A stretch of 64,000 nucleotides of DNA from Cyanophora paradoxa CCMP329 (Eukaryota; Plantae; Glaucophyta): NCBI GenBank assembly GCA_004431415.1, contig QPMI01000411.1, positions 1-64,000 on the forward strand. The letters run 5' to 3'. Both the position numbers and the translations under genes were made by a program. Under the pieces are notes generated by a model. It saw only the letters and a list, made by a program, of their open reading frames with translations, was not told the origin of the DNA and did no database searches. Every line of letters begins with the position of its first letter. Position 1 is the stretch's first letter. Below are positions 46,764 through 57,689 of the stretch, one piece after another.

Positions 46764-48780
46764 ATGCGACCAGAGTCGATGTTTCAACTTGTAACCGGTG
46801 AGCGACGGGAGCGGGCCACTCTCGTGTGAGGTAACACTGTACCCAGTTCGTCGCCCAGGCCCCAGGAAAAAAACAAGGCTTGCCCGACAGGCGCAGCAGA
46901 GGGAAGCCAGGAAGAGGGCAGAGTGCGGCAAAAACCGCGTGCGCGAGCGGCGCCTCGACGCAGCGGCGCTGTCAGCGCCATGCTGGCCTTCGGGTTGCCG
47001 CCCGCCGGCCCTCCGACGGTGGAGTTCCGGCGCGGCGACCGGGAGCTCTCATGGCGTTCTTCTATCCCGCGGACGCTGAAGGCGGGCGCCTGCGAGCCGG
47101 ATCCGCCAGCTTTCGAAGTCGTCGCCATGGCCGGCGGGCGTCGCCGCACTGTCAAGCGGCAAGCCCCGACGTTTGTGACGGAGGACATCGACTTCAACTG
47201 CGCGCGCTCCCTCGAGTTCCACCTGGCCGAACAAATACAAGGGGCAAGAGAGGCTGCGGCGCAATACCGCTCCTCGGCCGCCCGCGTGCTTCTGAACGAC
47301 AGATTTGCATCGCTTGCTGCCGCTCCTCGATACTGGTGAGTCCCGCGGCGTGCGCGGGCCGCGTTGTTGGGAAGCGCCCGCTGCGTGCAAGACCACGTGC
47401 CGCTCTTAGCTGGGCTTGTCCGGCGCGCGCACGTCCCTTTCCGGTGCCTCATCACTGCGTCATTGCGCCTCCGCTAACCAGCCCGATCTACGCAGCCGGA
47501 CAACGTCTGGCTATCGGAAGCGGGCCAAGCCTGTCACCGTCATCTCGATCAACAGCTGCTGGCGCACGAGTAGAGCGAGGCGGCTTCTTGAGGACCTGTA
47601 CAAAGCTCGCGCGTCCTCCGAAAGCTACCGCCTGCGTTTGAGCGAGTTCGTCAACGCGCTTCAGGCCCGCGCAGGGCACGAGGAGGTGCGCGCGCAGCCG
47701 CTCGGCGGGCTACCACACACGGGCTAATCCTCTTCAGGTCACGCAATTGAGCATCCTGCGGTCGTGGGACTCTTTTGAGATGAGCAAGGATGCCGGCGTG
47801 GGCCTCGTTGGCCTCTCCGAGTGGGAGAACATCCACGAAAAGCTCGCGGATTTCGCGCTCGTCCAGCTGGCTGCGGAGGGTCGCATGCGGTGCGCAATCG
47901 TCTCTTTTTCTCCTCCTGCGTGTCCGGTCCTTCCTCCTTGACGCGCGGCCAGGTTTTACATGGAGGAGGTTGTCGGGCTCGAGCGCGCCGAGAGGGAGGC
48001 CAAGCGCGCGCAGGTGCGCCTGCAGACTTCATTTGGAACTTTCAGCTCCTTTTGCTGACGCATTTCGTCCATCAGGTCAACGCGCGGCTGGCGAAGATCT
48101 TCTTCGACATGCCCCCTGGTTCGCGGCTCCTTTTCCTGCGCGGCCGGCGAGCGTCATCGATGCCTTTGCTGACGTCGCGAGCAGCGAGCATCTCGCCCGA
48201 GCCGACGGAGGAGAGCGCGGCGGCGGCGGCGGAGGCGGCGGCGTCCTCGTCAGCGTCGGCGGCGGAGCTGCCCGAGCCGGCCCCCAAGGGGGCCCCGCAG
48301 CTGCCCGACGAGGCGCCCTCCCGGCGGAGCAGGCGGCAGCCCGGCGTCCCCAACACCCCCCTGCCCGCCCGCTGGGGTGCGCCGCCGCCGTCGTTTCCTC
48401 CTCCGCCTCCGCCACCGCCGCTGAGCTGCGCGCCGCAGTGCCGGCGCCGTTCACGCTGGTGAACCTGGTGATCGCGGTGCCGTCCAAGGGCCTGCAGCTG
48501 ACGCACCCCGACGTGGCGCAACTGCCCGACGAGGTCTGCTGGCGCCGCTCCGACGGCCGCTCCCGGGCCTGGTCCTACCGCCTCCAGCGCGAGATCCTCG
48601 GCGACATCGGGTGCGCCTTCAGCTCTCTCTTCCTCTTCTCCTTCCTTTCTCTTTCTTCTCACGCGGGCCTTCGCGCCGGGGGCCAGGTCGATCGCGAGCC
48701 ACCCGGAGGCCTGGGTCTCCTTCTCCGTCTGGGACGCCGACGCCGCCTCGATGCACGACACCGACTTTTGGCGCAGCTGA
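46764..48780 (+). CDS. Hypothetical multi-exon protein
   Basis: Chain of coding-like exons with plausible splice sites; TGTAA at ~48845 downstream. No family recognised. Confidence 0.5.
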
Positions 48781-49075
48781 CGACCCGATCCGATCCCGTC
48801 CGGCCGACCCGCGTCCCTCGACGCTCGCCCCGTGCCTGTACTGTTGTAACATATCTAGCAGACTGCGATTAAGATTAATTTTGTAGGCAGTAGCGCCCCT
48901 CCTCCGCTGCTTGTAGCACAGTGTACTCTATCATTTCAAGCAGGGACCCGAGCGCGGCCGCCGCGTGCACGCCTCTCACAGAGCCTCGTTGCCGAGGCAG
49001 CTGAGCACTGCATGTGACTATGGACAAGCGTACGTATACGTATACGATAAGCGCAAGGCGGCTCGTGAACGGCCG

Positions 49076-52000
49076 CTACGATTCGCCGCTGACGCGCTCC
49101 ATCCGCTCCGCGTGGGCCTGCCGCGTCTCCTTGTTCTGCGGCGGCGCCGTCAGCGGAAGAGGCCCGCGGCCATGAGAACTTGGCAGGGTGCGGCGCACCG
49201 AGTGGGGGTACAGGGGCATGGATCTCCGGAAGAGGTAGATGTCCTTGATGACCTCCACCTGCCGGGGGTACGGTCACCTCGGGAGAGGGGGGTACGGGAA
49301 GCAGCGAAAGGGCGCGCCCTGCGCTCGGCGCGGCGGCGGGCGGCGTCGGCGACCTTCGCGGCCGCCTCCGCCTCGTCGTCCAGGAGCTGTTACCCCACCG
49401 GAGGTCAAGTCCGAGCCGGGGCTGGGAACGAAAGTCTGGCGCGCCTGGCGGCGAAGCTTCTCCTCGGCCTCGGCCATGGCGCCCGCCGTCGCCTCAATCT
49501 CCGAGTGCGCCCGCGAGCCCACGCGCACGCTGCGCCCGGATGAGGGGAGACGGGGGAGGAGGGGAGACGGGGGAGGAAGGGCGGGGGGCGGGACCTGAGC
49601 TTGCGGCGGTGCGGGGAGTCGATGGCGACGAGGCGGCGGTAGAAGGCGAGCAGCTGCTCCTGCGTCACTTTCCGCAGCTCCGCCACCTCCCGCTCCACTG
49701 CCCCCGCCCCGCCCCGCCCTCAGCCCGCCGCCCGCGCCCGCGCGCGCGCGCCCGGCCCGGCCCTCGAGGGGGCGCACCGCGGTCGAACTCGTAGGTGCGG
49801 CCGGCGATCTCGGACCACCAGCGCATGCTCTCCTGCGCCAGGTTCTTGTCCTGCGCGCGGCCGGCGCGTCAGCCTGAGTCCTCTCTTGAGCGTGGGAAGA
49901 AGGGCGGGGGAGGGGCGCCGGCCTTCTCGAGCTTGTTGGCGATGACGGACTTGACGTACACGCCGAACTCGTCCGCCGACATCCCCGCCACTGCGCGGCG
50001 CTCAGGGCGGGCGCGCAGGGGCCGGGGCCGGCGGGGGCGGGCGCGCGTGTCTTCTCGAACGAGGCGATGAAGGCGTCGATGCGCTCGTCGAGGAACCGCG
50101 GCCCGCTCGACGCCTGGTGCCGCCCGGCAACGCTCAGAGAGACCGGCAGGCAGGGCGGGGTGAGGCGCGCCGACTGGATGATGACGCGCAGCCCCTGCAC
50201 GCCGTAGTCCCGCCGCACCCCGCTGCGCCGGCTCAGCTCTGTCTGCTCGTATCGGCTGGGGAGAGGGCGGGGGCGCCTGAAGACGATGTAGCCGAGCTGC
50301 TCGTTGGTGCGGAGCTGGTGGAAGGCCGGCTTGGACATGACCTGCCGCCCGCCCGGCCGCTGAGAAGCGAGGGGCGCGGGCGGGGGCCGCGGGGGCCGGG
50401 CGCGCCTGGGCGAGGAGGTCCAGGAGGACGTCCTCCCGCGTGCTCTCCAGCCCCAGCTGCCCCCACGCCCGTCAGCTGGGGAGCCCGGCCTGGCTGAGAG
50501 GCCGGCGCAGGGGGGGCGGGGCGGCGGGCCTGGAAGTAGGCCTCGATGGCGGAGTTGGAGTCTGACTCGTTGGGGTTCGCCTCCTCGTAGACGGCGTCCG
50601 TCCCGTCGCAGAGGCGCACGATGCGCTGGTCCGGCATCTGCGAGGGCAGCAGCGCCGAGCACTTCAGCGCCCCCTCCACCTCCTCCACCAGCGCCAGCGC
50701 CTCCTGCGCCCGCCCGCCTCAGACGAGGGGCGGGGCCGCGTCGAGGAGAGAGAAAGGGGGCCGGCGCGCCGGCTCGGAGAGGTTGCCGTTGATGAGGCAC
50801 TCGAGGAAGAGCTGCCGCACGAGGGCGGCCTTATGCGCCTGCAGCCCCTCCGGCGTCGTCTCTGCGCCCCCGCGCCCCTCAGAGGGCGCCCGCCGGCGGG
50901 GCCTCCCGGGGGGCCCGGGATCGCGAGGGGGCGCGCCGTCGAGGACGGCGACGTAGTCGTTCATGTGCCAGCGGGCGTTCTCGAGGAGGACGTTGGTGGT
51001 GTAGACGGCGTGCTGGTGCGGCTGGTCGAGGAAGAAGTTGCGGTACTCGCGGCGCAGCTGGTCCTTGACGAGGGCGAAGCGCTCGGGGTCCACGGTGTAG
51101 GAGGCGAGGCGCTCGACGATGCGCTTGACGAGGAGGGCGAGCTTGTGGGAGTAGCCGCGGACGACGAGGCGGAAGCCGAGGGCGATGTTGTAGAGGGTGT
51201 AGTGGAGGCCGGCGACCTCCGCGAAGTACGTGTACTCGTTCAGCGCGTCCTCCACCAGCTTCGTGAAGAGCCGCGTGTACACCACGTGCACCGGGCTGTA
51301 GTACGCCACCGGCGACACGAAGTCGCAGTACAGGTGCGCCTTCGGCACCGAGAAGCGCGTGTCCGGCTTGTACCACACCCGCGCCAGGCCCGTCTCCCGG
51401 ATGGCCCGCGGGTGCGCCCGCGCGGGGTCGGCGGGGGAGGAGAGGGAGGAGGAGGAGGAGGGCGGGGAGGGGGCCGGGGCGGCGGGGGCCGGGGAGGGGG
51501 GGTGCAGCAGGGTGAAGTCGGTGGGGATGAAGGGGTTGGGCGGGGGCAGGTGGAGGGCGTCGTTGGGCGGCGGGGCGCGCCACCGCGCGAGCACCCCCTC
51601 CGCCAGCGCGCTCCGGTTGTGCGGCGTCCCGTACCACCGCTCCGTCCGCCCCGTCTTCCCCTCGAACTTCTTGCTGATCACGTTCACCCTGCGCGCGCAG
51701 CTCGCGGCGGCGGGGCGGGGCGGGGCGGGCGGGGCGGGGCGGACCGGAGGTTGTCCGGGGTGAGGAGGGCGAGGGTCTCCTCGATGAGCTCCGGGACGAA
51801 GTCGAAGAAGAGGTGCGCCCCCGAGAGCAGGTGCTCCAGGGGGTACTCGTGCATCCGCCCCGCCACCCACGAGACGAACCCCGACGGCTCCTCCTTGTCC
51901 TTGAACCGGAACTGCATCTCTGCGGAGGGAGGCGTCAGGGGGGGGAAGCGAGTGGGCGCTGCCGGAGGCGAGGCGGGGGCGCGCCGGCGATCTCGCGGAT

Positions 52001-54057
52001 CTCGTCGAAGACCCAGCGCTGGGGCCCGGCGCGCCGCAGCAGCTCGATGTACGAGAAGACGGCCTCGATCGCCTCCTCCACGTGGTCTGCGCCCCAGCGC
52101 GAGCGAAGGCCGCCTCAGGGGCGCAGAGAAAGGAGAGCCTTGGGGAAGGCCTTGGCGCGCACCCTCGCCGGCCTCGGTGAGGACGACGGTGATGGAGAAC
52201 ATGGAGAAGTCCTCGGAGCCGGAGCTGTACTCCCCCGCCTCCAGCGCGTCCGCCCAGCCCTTCCCCTTGAACAGCGAGAGCAGGCTCCCCGGGCCCTCGT
52301 GCCCGATCAGGTGCGAGATGTACCGCGTCGGCCTGTGCCCCCCCAGATTAGATCCAGGGGGCGGGGCCGCGTGGGGGTGCGCGCTTGGAGCGGTAGTTGC
52401 GGGTCTGCCCCGGGATGGGGAAGAGCAGCCCGACGCTGCGCAGCTGCTTGACGGGAACCACCTGCCGCCGCCGCGCGTCAGCGCAGACGCGGCAGGGCAC
52501 GCGGGGGGAACCGGGCGCCTGAACGGTCTCCCGCAGCTGCTCCGGCCCGAACGGGGGTACGCCCTTGAACGTCGGAACGGGGATCTGCCGGCCGCCCGCG
52601 CTCGGCACCTCCGCGGCGGCCGGGCGGGAGGGGGGTTGGAGAAAAGGGGGGTACGGCGCACGGCGCGGTCCCGGACGGGCTCGAACTTCTCGCGGACCCA
52701 GGCCTCGAGGACGTCCAGGGGCTCGCGCCCCAGCACCGCGAGCCGCATGATGTTCGCGCTGTAGTACTGCGCGGGGATCACAGGCGCGCGGCGCCGGGGG
52801 GCGGGGCGCGGCTCGCCTGGTCGTGGAAGGCGAGCAGGGCGGCCCGCACGTCGAGCCCCTTCGACCGCGGCGTCTCCAGCAGCGTCTCCAGCGAGCCCTG
52901 CCGCCCCGTCGGCCCCGAGCGCGCCAAACGGCGGGCGGGGGCGGGGGCGGGGGCGGACCGTGCCGAACTTGTGGAAGGGGTGCTCGGGGTTCGCCGCGTC
53001 CTTCAGCAGCTGCATGAGCCGCCACGTGTCGCTCTGCAGGTTCTTCTTGTGCTCCGAGTCTGCCCCGCGCGCGGGCGCCGTGAGACCCCCTACCCAGGCC
53101 GGAGCGGCGTGCCCCGCGCACCGACGGCCTTGAGCTCGCGCTCGGTCGCGCTCTCCGTCATCAGAGGCGCCACGAAGAACTGCGCGAAGCGATCCAGAGC
53201 CCCCTCCAGCTGCGCGTGCGTCACGGAGAAGTAGTAGCACGTGTCTGCAGGGCGAAGTCAGCGCGTCGCCCGGCAACGCGTGCTGCGCGAGCCAGGGCCA
53301 CCGCGCACGCTCTGCGGACGTGAACGCGTTCGAGGAGCCGCCGTGCATGCTCAGGAACGCCTTGTACGATCCCTCGTCGGGGTATTTGGCGGTTCCGAGA
53401 AACAGGAGGTGCTCTGGGCGGCAGTGAGCGGGCAGGCGGCGCGTCCCCGACGGCCGGCGCGTCTTCTAGCGACCGCCGCGGCCTCAAATGACCGCACCGA
53501 GGAAGTGGGCAAGCCCCGGGAGCTCGGGCGGGTCGCTGTGGTGGCCCACATGCACGTCGAGCGACGCAGCGGCCTTGTCGGTCTCTGCAGTGCGCCAGAT
53601 CGCCGTAAGAAACGCAAGCTTCTCCCGCACGTTGAGCGGGCGGGGGACTGGGGCGGGCGTGCCTGGGTCGGAAATGACCAGCGCCTGCAAGTTATTCGGG
53701 AGGAGGACATGCCGATACGCGCGCCCTACACATTCAAACGATGAGCGTCAGGATCGCAGAGGGGGGGGCGAGCGATGGGTCTATGACGCGGGGAGCGACG
53801 ATTGAGGGCGCGCTCGCGCCCAGCGCTAGCGCCTTCCGATCTGCAGCGTATCCTATACAGTGAAACGCACTGTCATTGATGGATCGCTGTATCGCGGGTG
53901 CGGCGTCCGGACTCATCGCGCTGCTGGCCTCTGTGATGTCCACGCTGCCCGCAGCTACGCCTCTACTACGGTACGCGACGTACGTATCTCGGAGCTTGAA
54001 TACGTGATAGCTGTAGGTCGAAGCGCGGAGAATTCTACGTACCCCTCCTAAGCGCAT
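49076..54057 (-). CDS. IDE: Insulysin / insulin-degrading enzyme (peptidase M16A)
   Basis: [30 protein letters not shown] (HXXEH), [58 protein letters not shown]. In-frame ATGs at 54057 and 53916. Confidence 0.95.
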
Positions 54058-54259
54058 CACTGCGGCATCAGGGCCGCATGCGCATCACTGCGGCATCAGT
54101 GCGGCGCCCGGTCAAGCTTGGCGCCCGGCCTCTCTGCGCCGCCCCAGCTACAAGAGAACGACGCGATGGATGCAGAGCTGGAGTACACTAGCACGCGGCG
54201 GCCTCTAGATCTGCTAGCGCTCGGGCTCTGACTGGGCCGCGGCCGCCGGTTGGAAACGG

Positions 54260-54690
54260 GGTAGCCTATAGCTATAGCTAGCTATAGTACTACGGCCCGG
54301 CGGTAGGAAAGCTTAAGCGAGCTCGAGCCGCTGAGCTCGAGGGCCCGGGGCGCGCCCGGGCGCGCGCCGGCCGGGCGCGCGCCGGCCCGGCGCGCGGCAG
54401 TGCCACGGTGCGCATGCATATGTGTATACGTACTGCCGCGCACTAGTACTAGTACTGCACTGCACTGCAGCTGCACTGCGTGCAGGCGCCGCGCCTGCAC
54501 TGCGCATGCGCCCTGCACTGCATATATATGCATGCGCCGGCGCAGCTGCCGCGCCGCAGTGCATGCGCAGGCTAGCGCTAGCACTCAGCGCGCTGGCGAC
54601 CGTCGGACGCCACGCGTACGTACGTGCATGCACGCGCGCGCCGCTAGCCGCCGGGCCGGAGCTCAGCTATAGCTAGCTACGTATACGCTG
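54260..54690. repeat. Palindromic low-complexity island
   Basis: Composed almost entirely of short palindromes (gctagc, tgca, gcgc, catg, tacgta, agtact) and nested inverted repeats. Confidence 0.8.
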
Positions 54691-55168
54691 GCCAGAAAGC
54701 GAGCCTGTCGGCTAGCCTGCCGGCTAAATTGCGCGAGTGTACCCAGCAATCGGCATGCACTCCCCCCTGCTCGAGACTCGATAAACTCAAACTCGCAGGA
54801 GCTCTTTTTTTCCGCATTCGGTACAACAGGTACTTGATGCGGCCTAGCGCGCCACGCGCTGCTTCCCGAGCACTGACATGTATGACAAGCTTTGCCGAGC
54901 ATCGCAAGAGCTTTCTTATGCACTTGGTCCGGCCCCTATTCGACCACAGGATCAGGTGCTGCAAGGGATAGTCCAGGAAAGGGTCCGGTCCTTTTTTCCG
55001 CGCTGCATTTCGCTCTTTCCGGGTTCTGACAACGAATTCGGGGCTCTCATGCATGCACTAACACTGGGTTAAGAGCTCGGAGCTGGATCGGGAGATGAGC
55101 AGACTCGTCATTTTGTAAGTGACAGGAAACGGGGGCCCTACCCCGTTTCCAATAAGTATACTGAAGCG

Positions 55169-57071
55169 CTATGGCGCCGGCCCCGGGGGCTTGGCGGCTG
55201 CGAAGGTGATGACGGGGAGGGTTCGCCTGTCGAGGTGCGCGGGCCTGATCCTGTTGCCGGGGAATTCGAACCAAGGGTGAATGGTACAGATCTGGAGGGC
55301 GCGTGGCGGGGGGCGATGAGATACATACCCGGGTAGCCGGCGCTTCTTCTCGTCCCTCTCCTTGGGAGGTGGCGGCCCCTTGTTGGCGGCCTCCTCTGAG
55401 TCGTAGTCCCACCTGACAGGGGCCGGCCTCAGGTTGGCAGAGCGAGATCGGGGGCCTGGGCCGGGCGGGTCGGGGCACGGGGGCGAGCGCCTGCAGGGCC
55501 AGACGTCATCGTTGGGGCACTCGGAGGGGTAGAACATCTCCTTCTCGAAGAGCATCCAGGAGAGGGGCGTCCAGCAGCCAGGCCACTCGTTCTTGGAGCG
55601 GTCCACGTCGGGCTTGATCGAGGACTGCCGCCCCAGGTGCGACAGGATGTTCCACCGGTACGCCATGTTCCCCGCCCGCCCGTCCGGCGGCGTCCTGCAG
55701 GATGGTGGGCAAGGAAGGGAAGGGACGGGGGAGCGAGGGAGGGCACAGGGCGGCGTCGGGCTTCTCGGCGAGGTACCACTCGGAGACGAGGTGGTCCGGG
55801 GGCCGCCGCCGCGCGTGGCGGTCCAGGTAGTCCGCCAGCGCCGACGCGTTTGCCCCCTTGACGATCACGCCTGCGTCGAGGTCGGCGCCGCCCCCGGCAG
55901 ACCAGCCAAAGGCGATGGCGGAGGCGGGGCGGGCCACCCACCGTTCAGCCCTGTGGAGACGCTGCGAGGGGCGGAGCGCGGGTGAGCGAGCGCGCAGGCA
56001 CCCCCGGGGAGGGGGCCCGGCACCGGAGGGCGGAGCAGTCGGGGCAGTACGTGAACGCCTTCCGCGTCGCGTGCACGAGGGCGTGAAAGGCTGAAGGGGG
56101 GGCGGCTCGGTTCGGCGGGGGGAGGGAGGGCGGGGGTACGTATATACGGCATCATGGCGAACCGTTGGGGCAGAGCTCGAAGTCGTCCTCGAAGAAGCCG
56201 AAGAAGGCGGGGAGGAGCTCGGCGGGGGGCAGGCCGGGCGCCTCGGGGTCCATCCCCGCCGCGAGCCGCAGGGCGATGCGGATGCCGTCGGCGACGTCGA
56301 AGGTCTGCGTCCGCACGCGCGCGTCCGGCTGGTTCACCGGGTCCGAGGGCGGCGGCGCGTCGGGGAACGGGTCCCGCCCCGCGTAGCTCCGCTCGTGGAA
56401 GAGGACCTCGTCGGACTCGAACGCCTCCCGCGCCTCCCGGAAGACGTCGTGCCCCGCCCGGTTCGCGACGACGGCCAGCCGCACCTTCCCCGCCAGCGGG
56501 TCCATCGTCCGCGAGCTGCGCGCGGGGGCCGGTGTCTCAGAGGGCCGGGGGGCGCTCGCGCGACGGCCGCGCCGCACCGGGGCGGGATGCTCGGCGCCCA
56601 GCTCCGGAGGGTCTGGATCAGGTAGTCCTCCTTGTTCTTGCGGGGGACGGTCGGAATGAAGGCCTGAGAAATACCCTTTTTAGATGCGGTGTCCAGCCGC
56701 TGCAGCGACGGGCGGGGCGGGGCGGGGCGGCGGACCAGGAGCCATGGCGGCTCCCGCAAGCCCGCCCTCGCCTGCGCGGCCGCCGGAGGCGCGCCGCTCG
56801 AGGCGGCGCCCTTCGCGGGCGGCTGTCTTTCCGGGGGATCCGCCGACACGCGCGCTTCGGAGCCCGGAGGATCCGTCTCGTGGCCCCGCGGCGGGACTGG
56901 CTCGTCGAGCGCCTCGTCCAGGCTCGCGGGCGGGCGCCGGCTGGGGGCGCATTTGTAGTGGAATATAAAGAAGCAGATCAAGACGGTAGCGGCCAGGGGC
57001 ATGTGCCTCTGGAGAGCGCTGGAACGCGCTCGGCCGAGCGAGTTCATCCTACGGAGCGAGTTGAGCGGCAT
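55169..57071 (-). CDS. MGAT4/GT54-like type II membrane glycosyltransferase
   Basis: N-terminal TM segment (LAATVLICFFIFHY). IPTVPR..DYLIQTL, RTQTFD, FEDDF, PPDHL and HLGRQSS occur in GT54 order. Confidence 0.7.
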
Positions 57072-57689
57072 GGTTGCTGCGGGGCGCGCCCGGCCGAGCT
57101 GCTAGACGAGGCTAAGTCACGGCCTGCGCTGCTACGTCGCAAGACGCGTATCTCACGTGTGCCGAATGGCAGAAACCCTGTCGAGCGCTGGATCGGCAGC
57201 GCCGGGCCACGACGAGCCTCTCGCCCGGCAGCACACGCCTCCCCACAAAGCAGCGCGTTTCGACAGCGCAGGCGCTCGGCGGGTCTGCCTTCGGGTGACG
57301 ATGGCGTCTGAGCGCTGGACTGCGGATCTTGCGAGCTGCCGGCCGCGACGCAGCTAGCCTGGCCACTTCAGTCGCCGCCGACGGCTGCTGAGCCCGGGCC
57401 GCACTAGCACTGATCCGACTCCGTCACACGGTACCCCCCCATTTGGCAAACAGGAATGTCCGCGCGCGGAAAACTGCCTGCCCGGCTCCCGGCCCTCCGC
57501 CGCGCCTTCGAATTCAGCTAGATTTCAAGCACTCGGCGCGTGCGCGGTTAGCGCCCGCCCCTGCGCTACTCCAGGCCAGCGCTAGCTTGGCCGCGTAGGG
57601 CCGGCTGCCAGGGCCCCACGGGCCAGCGCCTTGAGCTTGAGCGGCATCTTTACAAATATGCAAGTACAATGGCGGGCGCCGGCCGGCGC

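Noticed and set aside
54677-55054. Separate 125-aa gene downstream of the glycosyltransferase
   Set aside because: Non-ATG start in the track, atypical codon usage, no motif, and it runs into the palindromic island; likely UTR or relic.
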